A model generated the notes under the pieces. It had not been told where the DNA came from, made no database searches, and saw only the letters and a program-made list of their open reading frames with translations. The translations under genes and the position numbers were made by a program. This document shows, one piece after another, positions 19,865 through 28,495 of a stretch of 57,562 bases of DNA (positions within the stretch are counted from its first letter, which is position 1; each line of letters starts with the position of its first letter). The stretch spans positions 1 through 57,562 of the forward strand of contig MEWX01000003.1 in the NCBI GenBank assembly GCA_001775485.1, in the 5' to 3' direction. The stretch is from Candidatus Adlerbacteria bacterium RIFCSPLOWO2_01_FULL_51_16. GTDB lineage: Bacteria; Patescibacteriota; Minisyncoccia; Phycocordibacterales; SBAW01.

Positions 19865-20347
19865 ATGGCGCGAATTTCATTCATCGCCGCTATCGGGAAA
19901 AACCGGGAGCTGGGGAGGGAGAACAAACTTCTGTGGCATATCCCCGAAGACTGGAAATATTTTAAAGCGACAACTCTGGGGCACCCCATTGTAATGGGGC
20001 GCAAAACCTTTGAGTCTATCGGCAAGCCGCTCCCTGACCGCCCCAATATTGTTATTACAAGAAACCAAGCATGGAAGCATGAAAGAGTGATAGTCACTCA
20101 CTCGCTCGACGAAGCAATAAAAAAAGCGGAAGAACTCGACAAGAAAGAAGTTTTTGTGATCGGAGGCGCACAGGTATTCGAAGAGTTGCTCCCCAAAGCC
20201 GACCGGCTCTATTTGACGCTTATTGATGTAGAAGGAGAAGCGGACGCGTTTTTCCCGCCATATGAAAAATTGTTTACAAAAAAACTCTCCGGGTTTATCG
20301 GAGAGCATCAGGCATTCAAATATCGCTTTGTAATACTGGAGAAATAG
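19865..20347 (+). CDS. folA: dihydrofolate reductase
   Basis: Track ORF 19733..20347 trimmed to the ATG at 19865: MARISFIAAIGKNRELGRENKLLWHIPEDWKYFKATTLGHPIVMGRKTFESIG... is classic DHFR (160 aa). Confidence 0.9.
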   Translation: MARISFIAAIGKNRELGRENKLLWHIPEDWKYFKATTLGHPIVMGRKTFESIGKPLPDRPNIVITRNQAWKHERVIVTHSLDEAIKKAEELDKKEVFVIGGAQVFEELLPKADRLYLTLIDVEGEADAFFPPYEKLFTKKLSGFIGEHQAFKYRFVILEK

Positions 20348-20354
20348 ACGTTTT

Positions 20355-20777
20355 CTATTTCACGTCTACGCCCATTGAGCGGGCGGAGCCGGCGACAATG
20401 TTTATTGCCGCATCCAAATCGTTGGCGTTAAGATCGCGCATTTTCTTTTCTGCGATTTCTTTTACCTGTGCTTTCGTGAGCGAGCCGATTTTTTCGGTAT
20501 TCGGGCGGCCCGAACCTTTTTCTTTACCTAATGCCTTAAGTATGAGTCCCGAGGTCGGAGGAGTTTTCAAGACAAAGTCATACGAGCGATCCTCGTATAC
20601 GGAAATTTCCGCGGGGATCATGTCTCCCCGGAGTTCTTTGGTTGCCTCATTGAATTTCTTCACAAATTCACCGATGTTGATGCCCGCAGGCCCCAAAACC
20701 TGCCCCATCGCGGGGGTGAGTACCGCGGCACCGCCAGCCGCAATTATCTTTATTTTTTTGACTATCTTTTTGGCCAT
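20355..20777 (-). CDS. rplK: 50S ribosomal protein L11
   Basis: 140 aa; PAGPALGQ-type motif (PAMGQVLGPAGINI) and the C-terminal rRNA-binding domain. Confidence 0.93.
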   Translation of the reverse strand: MAKKIVKKIKIIAAGGAAVLTPAMGQVLGPAGINIGEFVKKFNEATKELRGDMIPAEISVYEDRSYDFVLKTPPTSGLILKALGKEKGSGRPNTEKIGSLTKAQVKEIAEKKMRDLNANDLDAAINIVAGSARSMGVDVK

Positions 20778-20875
20778 GTACTGGTATCTTACTTAAAAAT
20801 TGTTATTTTGCAACGGATTCTCTCCTATCCCTCGCAAATCCTCGGGATGAAGGAATTTAAAGTTGCTTCGCTCGT

Positions 20876-21427
20876 TTAAATTCTCTTCACCTGCAAAAAG
20901 TCCAATTCAACCGGAGTTTCGCGGCCGAACATTGCAACCAACACCTTTACCTTGCCACGACTCTCGTCTACCTCCCCCACCTTGCCATCAAGGTCCTTAA
21001 ACGGCCCGTCAACGATCAACACGGCATCTCCCGCCGAGAGGTCTATGGCGTGTTTGACTGATCCTTCGGTCTGCGCCATGCGGCCGAGAAGCACATCTAC
21101 CTCTTCTTGCTTGAGCGGCACAGGATTGACGCCGCTACCCACAAAGCCGGTCACCCGTGGAGTGTTGCGCACCACATACCAGGATTGGTCGTCCACAATC
21201 ATATCGACAAGTACGTAGCCAGGATAGACTTTTTCTTCTTCCTCCACCCGGCGTCCGCCTTTGATTTTAATGGTCCGCTCGGTCGGTACCACAACATTGA
21301 AAATCTTATCCGTAAGTCCGAGTGATTCGATACGCTGCTTTAGGTTGCGCGCCACCGCGTTCTCATATCCAGCATAGGTATGTATCGCGTACCAAGCTCT
21401 CCCTACCGATGTATCTTGCTTTGCCAT
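20876..21427 (-). CDS. nusG: transcription termination/antitermination factor NusG
   Basis: 183 aa; WYAIHTYAGYENAV NGN domain and a C-terminal KOW (GDAVLIVDGPFKDLDGKVGEVD). Confidence 0.92.
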   Translation of the reverse strand: MAKQDTSVGRAWYAIHTYAGYENAVARNLKQRIESLGLTDKIFNVVVPTERTIKIKGGRRVEEEEKVYPGYVLVDMIVDDQSWYVVRNTPRVTGFVGSGVNPVPLKQEEVDVLLGRMAQTEGSVKHAIDLSAGDAVLIVDGPFKDLDGKVGEVDESRGKVKVLVAMFGRETPVELDFLQVKRI

Positions 21428-21511
21428 AATCTAGCGAATGAGTGAAATAAAATTCATTTTAATTTCCGAGTGAGCGACGATTATATAATGTGAAACATTC
21501 TATAGATAAAT

Positions 21512-21682
21512 TTAAATAATTAGTTTAACGAGCTCGGCAAACAAGTAATCCCACAGGCCAAGATACACTGCGGTTGCAAGCGAAACCGCAATAACGACAA
21601 TTGTGTACGTGATCGTTTGCCGATAGCTTGGCCAAGAGACATGCTTCATCTCGGCGCGGACTTCTTTGAAGTAATTAAACAT
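21512..21682 (-). CDS. secE: preprotein translocase subunit SecE (56 aa, below ORF-track cutoff)
   Basis: My translation: MFNYFKEVRAEMKHVSWPSYRQTITYTIVVIAVSLATAVYLGLWDYLFAELVKLII. Has the canonical F..V..E..KV.WP motif, one TM, and a position upstream of nusG. Confidence 0.85.
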   Translation of the reverse strand: MFNYFKEVRAEMKHVSWPSYRQTITYTIVVIAVSLATAVYLGLWDYLFAELVKLII

Positions 21683-21697
21683 ATTGTTTTTGCCTAA

Positions 21698-21722
21698 GAA
21701 AAAACCCCTCCCGGGGGCTTTC
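21698..21722 (-). terminator. possible intrinsic terminator after the SIMPL-domain gene
   Basis: Minus strand reads GCCCCC-GGGA-GGGGTTTTTTC: a short GC stem plus a T6 run. Confidence 0.4.
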
Positions 21723-21755
21723 TCTTATACTACTCCAACTCTTTTCGTGAGTCAA

Positions 21756-22583
21756 TTACCGGATTTCGTAGGTGACGGAGACGTTTGAGGTGACTTTGTT
21801 TTGGCCGACTGATATCTCGGGCGCTCGTGCGGGCTCTGCCCCGCCCATGCCAACTGCCGAGTCAAGTTTGTAGTAAGGCATGGGGCTCGGGTAATTACCG
21901 TCCTCGTTGAACGCGACAACCCGCACCAGCCGAACACCGAGCTGACGGGCAAGAACATCTGCTTTTTTCTTAGCGTCGGCAATTGCCTCATTACGCGCCT
22001 CGTCTTGCATAGCGTTTGGGTCATCGAAGGTGAAGTTGAGGCCGGAAACTTCCGTGGCACCCTTCTCTCCAACGCCGGTCAAAAGATCTCCCGCTTTTGC
22101 GGTATCGCGTACCTTAACCTGCGTCGTTTGGCGTACCTCGTAGCCTCGCAACACCTGTCTGCCTGGGGGACAGTAAATAGCGGCACCAGTCGTCGACTGG
22201 GGGCAAACAGTACTCTGATAGTCGTATTGCGGATACACATTGTAATCTATCGTTTTGATATCTTTTTCGTCTATCCCCGCATCTTCAAGGTAGGAAGTAA
22301 TCGCGTTTATTTTTTGTGTTGCATCCTCCTGCGCTGCTGCAACTGTCGGTTTAAGCGAGGAAACCGTAAAAGAAAATTCCGCAATGTCAGCAACGGCAAA
22401 CACTTCGCCGTAACCCGAAACACTTATCGTGTTGGTCGCCTGGAGCCCCGCGCCGATATAACGCAGGCTTTTAAATTCTGCGAGCACCTTCACCCCCAAA
22501 AATAGGGCGAGCAAAATGACCACGACCAAAACCGCGGTGCGCAGACGCTCGCCTGTCTGACCTACAAAAGGCAACCCTTCCAT
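21756..22583 (-). CDS. SIMPL (DUF541) domain periplasmic protein
   Basis: 275 aa; N-terminal anchor, ISVSGYGEVFAVADIAEFSFTV start of the SIMPL fold, RGYEVRQTTQVKV and a C-terminal ...VSVTYEI. Confidence 0.75.
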   Translation of the reverse strand: MEGLPFVGQTGERLRTAVLVVVILLALFLGVKVLAEFKSLRYIGAGLQATNTISVSGYGEVFAVADIAEFSFTVSSLKPTVAAAQEDATQKINAITSYLEDAGIDEKDIKTIDYNVYPQYDYQSTVCPQSTTGAAIYCPPGRQVLRGYEVRQTTQVKVRDTAKAGDLLTGVGEKGATEVSGLNFTFDDPNAMQDEARNEAIADAKKKADVLARQLGVRLVRVVAFNEDGNYPSPMPYYKLDSAVGMGGAEPARAPEISVGQNKVTSNVSVTYEIR

Positions 22584-22622
22584 ATAACTAAAGATGAATT
22601 ATCTATTAATAATGCCGTGATT

Positions 22623-23315
22623 CTATTGACGGCCTTGAACGTTCTTTATTACCGCCATGATTTGGGCATACGGGAGCGCCCCAGAGAAAGGCACCTGTTT
22701 GCCGCCGCTTACCACGACGGTGAAAGGAGTGCCATTGCCGCCGTTATCAAACGCTTCCTGCGCGTCGGTATCGATTTTTGAAGCGTGTTTTTGTGAAGCA
22801 ACACAAGCGTTGAACGTTGTTGTGTTAGCACCAAGCTCGCCTGCAACTTGTGTGTAGTAGGCGGCGCTCATACTTTTTTGATTTGCAAATATCTTTTCGG
22901 CAAACTCCCAGAAACCCTTCTCTCCCAACTGCTCGGCGATGCATTCAGAAGCAAGCGCGGCGGGAGTTGCTTGCGAGTGGATGCTGTCGAGCGGAAAATG
23001 CCGGTACACCCATGCAATTTCTCCATTTGATTCATCTACAATTCTTTTGAGTGTTGCGTGAATGAGTGCACAGTACGGGCACTGAAAGTCAGAATACTCG
23101 ACCATAACCACCGGTGCTGTCAGAGAGCCATACTGGTGGTCCGTAGCCCCCGGTGCACGAATAGAAACCGCAGCCACCTTGCCTGCGGCATCAACCGGTG
23201 CAGTAATTTGACCTGAAGGATAGTAGCTCGTAAAGAAAATTGCTCCAGCAATGAGTCCGCCGGCAAGAATGATTGCGATGGAGGGAGAAATGTCGAGTTT
23301 TTTAAGTTCGGGCAT
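22623..23315 (-). CDS. DsbA-family thiol:disulfide oxidoreductase
   Basis: 230 aa; N-terminal TM and thioredoxin-fold CxxC (FQCPYCALIH). Confidence 0.8.
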   Translation of the reverse strand: MPELKKLDISPSIAIILAGGLIAGAIFFTSYYPSGQITAPVDAAGKVAAVSIRAPGATDHQYGSLTAPVVMVEYSDFQCPYCALIHATLKRIVDESNGEIAWVYRHFPLDSIHSQATPAALASECIAEQLGEKGFWEFAEKIFANQKSMSAAYYTQVAGELGANTTTFNACVASQKHASKIDTDAQEAFDNGGNGTPFTVVVSGGKQVPFSGALPYAQIMAVIKNVQGRQ

Positions 23316-23329
23316 TTACAAAGAGTACG

Positions 23330-23758
23330 CTATTTCCGTCGCGTGAGCAAATCGCGGATCTCTTCAAGCAGCCTCTCTTGCGGAGTTTTTTCATACTGCG
23401 GCGTATCTGCTTGTCCGAGTCGGAAGAGACGTTGTCGCGCTACGGAAAGTAGCTTAAATACCATAAATATTGAGAGCGCAATAACAAGAAAGTCAAAAAT
23501 ATTTTGCAAGAACATTCCGTAGTTAAGTACGACCGCCGGATCCAGCCCAGAGGATTGTCTGAGAGTCCACGCAAGGTGCTTAACCTCCGCGCCACCGGAC
23601 ACCATAGCCATAAGTGGCGTAATTATGTCCGCAACAAGAGAGCTTACAATCTTTCCGAATGCGCCACCGATAACAACCGCGATCGCAAGCTCCAAAACAT
23701 TGCCCTTGATGGCAAAGCTTTTAAATTCTGCAAAAAGTCCTCGGGTTTTACCTATCAT
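23330..23758 (-). CDS. mscL: large-conductance mechanosensitive channel
   Basis: 142 aa; FKSFAIKGNVLELAIAVVIGGAFGKIVSSLVADIITP is near-consensus MscL. Confidence 0.93.
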   Translation of the reverse strand: MIGKTRGLFAEFKSFAIKGNVLELAIAVVIGGAFGKIVSSLVADIITPLMAMVSGGAEVKHLAWTLRQSSGLDPAVVLNYGMFLQNIFDFLVIALSIFMVFKLLSVARQRLFRLGQADTPQYEKTPQERLLEEIRDLLTRRK

Positions 23759-23763
23759 ATCCG

Positions 23764-23838
23764 TGGGTGGCTACAGGGAATCGAACCCTGATCGAGAGCT
23801 CCACAAGCTCCAGTGTTAACCGTTACACCATAGCCACC
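23764..23838 (-). tRNA. tRNA-His (GTG) with genome-encoded G-1
   Basis: Hand-folded: G-1 + GTGGCTA acceptor, D stem GTGT/ACAC, anticodon stem GGAGC/GCTCT with loop TTGTGGA, T arm CAGGG-TTCGATT-CCCTG, 3' TAGCCAC-C. Confidence 0.85.
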
Positions 23839-23875
23839 ATACTAAAACAGCCCGAGCCCTGCTTTTATAACATAA

Positions 23876-24850
23876 TTACGACCTAATGGCTCGGCGGGAA
23901 GAGACATACGCGAGGGAAACAAACACCAAACCAATCAGGCCGGTTAATATCTCCGGTACATGCACCACAATGCCGGTAAGCATAGAAAGTCCGAGGCCGA
24001 ATATCGCCCAATGCGCGCCGTGCTCAAGATAGCGCAAAGCGTTCAAGGTTTTCTTGCGTACCAAATACACCGTGATAGAGCGCACGAAATATGCGCCTAT
24101 ACCCAAACCCACAAAAATAATAGGAATGGCGGTTGTGAGTGCGAAAGCTCCTACAACACCGTCGAGCGAAAAGGCGGAATCGAGGATGTTGAGGTAGATA
24201 AAAAGCACTGCACCGCTGGAGACAATGGTGCCGGCTTTCACGTCAAGAGTAGAGGTAATTCCCTGCATAATCACAAAGGTGAGGAGGCCGATTGAGCCCG
24301 CAGACAAAACTGTAGCCTGATTTTCTGCCAAATACGACAGTCCGAGTAGGGTGGCAAGCGCAAGTGCAAGCTCAATTGCCTCAACCCTGCCCCAGCGGAC
24401 CAAGTGGCGTTCAATCCAGGCTATCCAGTGCACATGTTTGCTGACATCAAAGAAATATTTCAGTGCCACCATAAGCAAGAAGACTCCGCCGAAGGCGCTG
24501 ATAGCCGGTGCTACGTTTTCCATCAAACGGCCATATGCTTCCGGGTCATTGAGAGCGAGTTCAGCAGCCGCAAGCGGCGATATCCACGCGGCAAGCCCAA
24601 CAATAATTGCGGGCAAGATAAGACGAGTGCCAAAAACCGCTATCAAGATACCCCAGGTCAAAAAACGCCGCTGCCATGCGGGGCTCATCTGCGCGAGTAC
24701 CTTTGCATTCACAACCGCGTTGTCAAACGAAAGCGTCACTTCAAGTAACGAGAGCAGAGCCACCAATAGAAAGGCGGGCCATCCGCCCCAAAAAAATATT
24801 GCAACAAGTGCCGAAAGTGAGATCAGCGCCGGAGCAATAAAAAGCCTCAT
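23876..24850 (-). CDS. DUF475 / TerC-related integral membrane protein
   Basis: 324 aa polytopic; LEVTLSFDNAVVNAKVL motif typical of DUF475. Confidence 0.65.
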   Translation of the reverse strand: MRLFIAPALISLSALVAIFFWGGWPAFLLVALLSLLEVTLSFDNAVVNAKVLAQMSPAWQRRFLTWGILIAVFGTRLILPAIIVGLAAWISPLAAAELALNDPEAYGRLMENVAPAISAFGGVFLLMVALKYFFDVSKHVHWIAWIERHLVRWGRVEAIELALALATLLGLSYLAENQATVLSAGSIGLLTFVIMQGITSTLDVKAGTIVSSGAVLFIYLNILDSAFSLDGVVGAFALTTAIPIIFVGLGIGAYFVRSITVYLVRKKTLNALRYLEHGAHWAIFGLGLSMLTGIVVHVPEILTGLIGLVFVSLAYVSSRRAIRS

Positions 24851-24856
24851 GTGGAA

Positions 24857-25117
24857 TTATTTTACGGCAAAAATCTCTGCCCCCTCTTTGGTTTTCTGAG
24901 AGAGCTTCATTGCCGCGTCATCGCCTTTTTTTGCGGAGGCGACATCCTTATGATCTATCTGCAACGACCCAACAACTTCCTCAAACTCCTCCTCCCCCCT
25001 TTTTATTTTTATTTTGTCGCCCTTGTTGAGTTTGCCCGAGAGCTTTACCACAGCGACCCCCAGCTTGTCGTACCAGTGGGTCACGATACCGAGCGGTTTT
25101 TCTTTTTTCTCTGCCAT
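24857..25117 (-). CDS. translation elongation factor-like small beta-barrel protein (EF-Tu domain 2-like)
   Basis: 86 aa; PLGIVTHWYDKLGVAVVKLSGKLNKGDKIKIKRGEEEFEEVVGSLQIDHKDV matches the family annotated as translation elongation factor-like protein. Confidence 0.6.
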   Translation of the reverse strand: MAEKKEKPLGIVTHWYDKLGVAVVKLSGKLNKGDKIKIKRGEEEFEEVVGSLQIDHKDVASAKKGDDAAMKLSQKTKEGAEIFAVK

Positions 25118-25461
25118 ATATAAAAGTAGTTAGCTAGTAAATCCTAACCATCTATGGTCAGTATACCATTTGTGCACTTGGAGGGATAGCTTACGAACCA
25201 TCAGATGGGAGGAAATGTTCCCTTATCCCAGCGTTTCTCTTGGGCAGATGAGAAGCCTGCTGGCTATCGTTCAATAAAACTGTATCCCTGCCTCGTATAA
25301 CAGAGTTTAGCAGAATTGTGCCGCATTATGAAGAGGGAGCGCCAGCCGTTCTCTCTTTTTGAATTTGGGTGGTACGTGTTTTCCTTTCGAGTTTTTTATT
25401 CGCGGCGGGGATGCCCTATACCAGTTGGAGTATTTTTATATAAACTTCGTCGCTCGGCATC

Positions 25462-25788
25462 CTATCCAAACACTAACACCTTATCTGATTCCTCAATCAT
25501 TTTTACCAAGTCGCTCATAGTAGTAACTGGGCACACTTTGCTCTCGGACTTTAAGCGGATTTTTAGGCAGGTCTCACACGCGGCAACAAAACCCTTGAGG
25601 TCTTTAAACTCTTGCAGTTTCTTGGAGATGTCAAACTGTTCTGTGTCGTGGATGTCTTCAATCTCAACACCCTCACTCATAAGAGAGATTTGAACCGAAT
25701 GCCCCGTTTTCAATGCGGTAATGCCCAAGCGAAGCGTATTCCAGATATGTTCTGGGTTATTGGATTGTAGGATGATTCCCAATTTCAT
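25462..25788 (-). CDS. DsrE/DsrF-like family protein
   Basis: 108 aa; MKLGIILQSNNPEHIWNTLRLGITAL..., conserved Cys region (AACETC) and DsrE-type length. Confidence 0.6.
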   Translation of the reverse strand: MKLGIILQSNNPEHIWNTLRLGITALKTGHSVQISLMSEGVEIEDIHDTEQFDISKKLQEFKDLKGFVAACETCLKIRLKSESKVCPVTTMSDLVKMIEESDKVLVFG

Positions 25789-25796
25789 AGTCAGGT

Positions 25797-26465
25797 TTAG
25801 GAAATGTCTTTTTTGCGTTCCTCAAACTCTTTCTTGTCAATCTCGCCACGGGCGTAGCGTTCTTTGAGGATGTCGAGTGCTGATTTCGAGCCACTGCCCT
25901 TATTTTGATTTGTTAGCCATTTTATAAGTGCCACAATACCCGCGATTATCAGCACCCACCATAGAATCATAAAAATCCAGCCGAAACTACCGAAAGGCGT
26001 AAATCCAAAGTTCATCATAGAATTGTTTGACTGATTAAAACCGAGGGGAGACGACCACCCTCCCCACATCATCTGCATCATCGGCATCCAGCCAATAGTT
26101 CCTACTGGGAATGTTGCGGAGGTATCGCAACTAGATAGACGTTTGCCCATCACTACGTGAATCTGCTCCTCGCCTTCCTCGCCGTGCACCCGCGTCATCA
26201 TAGCGTTCATTGAGGCGTGGGCATCACCCATCATCTGCCCCATAAAGTATTCGCCCAGCGCCCCAAAATCTTCATCAGACAAATCAGCACAAGTGGTCTG
26301 CTTGGCTTGTAACTTCTCCCAAACGATTTTGCCCTCGGCTTCCTCGCGAGCGGTATGGTCATCCGAATCAATCGCAACATTTCTCATCATTCCCTGTGCG
26401 GAAACAATGTTTGAGCTTAATGCAAATAACATTATAGCGATAAGTGGAATGAGGGACTTTTTCAT
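25797..26465 (-). CDS. secreted/membrane Met- and His-rich protein with C-terminal SHOCT domain
   Basis: Signal peptide, Met-rich stretches (GQMMGDAHASMNAMM, GWMPMMQMMWGGW), one TM, and a C-terminal LDILKERYARGEIDKKEFEERKKDI (SHOCT). Confidence 0.6.
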   Translation of the reverse strand: MKKSLIPLIAIMLFALSSNIVSAQGMMRNVAIDSDDHTAREEAEGKIVWEKLQAKQTTCADLSDEDFGALGEYFMGQMMGDAHASMNAMMTRVHGEEGEEQIHVVMGKRLSSCDTSATFPVGTIGWMPMMQMMWGGWSSPLGFNQSNNSMMNFGFTPFGSFGWIFMILWWVLIIAGIVALIKWLTNQNKGSGSKSALDILKERYARGEIDKKEFEERKKDIS

Positions 26466-26845
26466 ACTTGTATTTTACCAAAATCTGATACTCAATTCAA
26501 TGACATACGTTCTGACTGGTACGTAACAATACCGTACTGATACGAACATACCAGTGGGTAACTATTTAGTGCCATCCCTATACACCCAAACTCGCTAATG
26601 GTACTCCATAAAACAGTGCCTTGTTTACCTTCTGGTTAATCGTTTATGACGTAGCATCCATTGTCCTGAATATGCCCCTACTGCTACGGGGAGGACAAGT
26701 AGCAGGTTTAACTCCTGTATAACAGGATTGACTGGGATTATGGCGGGATAAAGAAAAGGGGGGTGCCCTCGTTTCTCTCGGTTCTTTTTACGTCAAAACC
26801 CAGAGGCTCTTTTCAAACTACACAGGGGCAGATTTGCTTTATTGA

Positions 26846-28495
26846 TTATGAGAATATTTTTTCTACAATCTCCTTCAATCTTGTAGGAATGCTGGCAACG
26901 TCAATGTCCTTAAACGTCTTGAATGCCTTAAATGGTTTGTTGCCACCAGCAGGAATAACTACTCCGCCATTTTCGCAAACCTTTTCAAAATTTGGGTCAA
27001 GAACTTCTATGCTGCCGAGTCCTTCGGATAAATTCACCTCGTCTTCAATTTTCTGACTACTTGCTTGATTGTCCGTATCCTTGTCATAAATAACTACATA
27101 GGGAAACTTAAAAGCGTTTAGAACCTTCGAGAAAAATGGTATTGCATCTTTGCTGCCGCATTCCACGATAGTTATGCCGTAATCATAAAAAAGATATTCT
27201 GGTTTTACTTTCTGGGCAATAAGTGGCAAAACAACTTTTTCAGTATCACCTTCAACCAAGACTACTTTTTTACCAAAAAACATCTCACTGCGTTCTGGGT
27301 CAAACTCATTCAAGAGCTTAAAGTTTTTCCTCTCCTCTTCTACTGCAAAAATATCTTTCTGATATTGAATAATCTTAGTTCCAATCTCAAGGTTGTTCTT
27401 TACTGCGATGCCGATTGATTTGTACTCACCCATATCAACAAAGAAGCTGGAGTGTGTAGTAAAAACTACTTGGTCTGTTTTAGTAATTTCTTTAAGCAAG
27501 GCAAACATCGCCCGTTGCATCTGTGGATGTAAGTAAAGTTCAGGCTCTTCAATCCCAAAAATCAGCGCTTTTGCTTTTTCACCCTGCTCCTTCTTGAGTA
27601 AGTCAGCGTAAGCTCGAAAGATTACAAAAATTACCGACCTCTGCATTCCGTGCCCTTTATTTTCTATTGCAGTAGAAATACCGTCATCCACCATTATCTT
27701 TGTCCCAGATTGAAAGACATCTTTCAAGCTCGGTGGCGTTACATCGAGCTTTATTGTTGTGCCTTTCATATGTGCGGAGAGTTTCTCGCTCAACATTGTC
27801 TCGAACTCTTTTAGTTGGGCGATTCTGCCATCTTGTGCATCGTTTTCTCCCATCAATAATTTCGTAAATTGCTCGTTGACCTTTTTAAGTTCCGCATCTT
27901 GCAAAACACTACTAAGCATAGCGTTGATTATCTGCCCAAATCTGGACTTCTCGGTTATTTTTGCCTCTTCCTTAACATCCTTAACGGCTGGAACGTAGAG
28001 AAAGTCTGGTAAGTATCCATTTGCAACTTGTGCCCAACCAAAAGGTTTGGGCTTCCAGAAATACTTTTTATCGGTAGATGTGAACGGTTCAATTTCTTCT
28101 TTATCTGTAATTTCAACCGCGTCCTTTTTATCTTTTTCGTTTTCAAACTTTTCTTCCAAGATAACTGCAAACAATCGTTGCGTTTCTTCACCTTCAAAGA
28201 AATACTCTTTACGAATTATAACAGTCTCTCCGTCTTCCAGTAGATATTTTCCAAAAGTAGTTTTTGCTTCCGCGTTCAAATCACGAAACCAAACTTGGAT
28301 GATAGTCTTCTCACCACAATCATTAAAAAAATGAGCATCAAGTTTTTTCGTATCACTAAAAAATAAGTCCAGCGCTTTTAAGACATTGGACTTCCCAGCG
28401 TTATTCTCTCCGATGAAAGCCATTAAATCCAAAAAATCAATTCGCTCGGACTTAAATGACTTGAAGTTTTTAATAAATACTCTTGAAATTTTCAT
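26846..28495 (-). CDS. OLD-family nuclease (ABC-type ATPase + C-terminal TOPRIM)
   Basis: 549 aa. N-terminus MKISRVFIKNFKSFKSERIDF..FIGENNAGKSN (Walker A, K35), GHGMQR, Walker B IFGIEEPELYLHP, TTHS. TOPRIM motifs VVLVEGDTEKVV and VVIYDKDTD. ATGA overlap with the upstream gene. Confidence 0.85.
   Translation of the reverse strand: MKISRVFIKNFKSFKSERIDFLDLMAFIGENNAGKSNVLKALDLFFSDTKKLDAHFFNDCGEKTIIQVWFRDLNAEAKTTFGKYLLEDGETVIIRKEYFFEGEETQRLFAVILEEKFENEKDKKDAVEITDKEEIEPFTSTDKKYFWKPKPFGWAQVANGYLPDFLYVPAVKDVKEEAKITEKSRFGQIINAMLSSVLQDAELKKVNEQFTKLLMGENDAQDGRIAQLKEFETMLSEKLSAHMKGTTIKLDVTPPSLKDVFQSGTKIMVDDGISTAIENKGHGMQRSVIFVIFRAYADLLKKEQGEKAKALIFGIEEPELYLHPQMQRAMFALLKEITKTDQVVFTTHSSFFVDMGEYKSIGIAVKNNLEIGTKIIQYQKDIFAVEEERKNFKLLNEFDPERSEMFFGKKVVLVEGDTEKVVLPLIAQKVKPEYLFYDYGITIVECGSKDAIPFFSKVLNAFKFPYVVIYDKDTDNQASSQKIEDEVNLSEGLGSIEVLDPNFEKVCENGGVVIPAGGNKPFKAFKTFKDIDVASIPTRLKEIVEKIFS

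Noticed and set aside
20778-20875. Possible L11-operon regulatory leader in the nusG-rplK spacer (hairpin ATCCC...GGGAT)
   Set aside because: Only a single short hairpin is present. I cannot show the resemblance to the 23S L1/L11-binding mimic from sequence alone. With no rplA downstream, the classical L1 autoregulation rationale is missing.
25316-25693. 125-aa plus-strand ORF in the DsrE region
   Set aside because: Most of it is antisense to the DsrE-like gene, and its translation is low-complexity.
25118-26845. A duplicated tRNA-Leu 3' end marking the left att site of the island
   Set aside because: I scanned both long gaps by eye for tggtgcgcaggagaggatttgaacc or sub-strings. Only a weak, gapped resemblance at 25190-25215 (ggagggatagcttacgaacc) was found, and it does not fold as a T-arm. 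The left border is therefore left unresolved.
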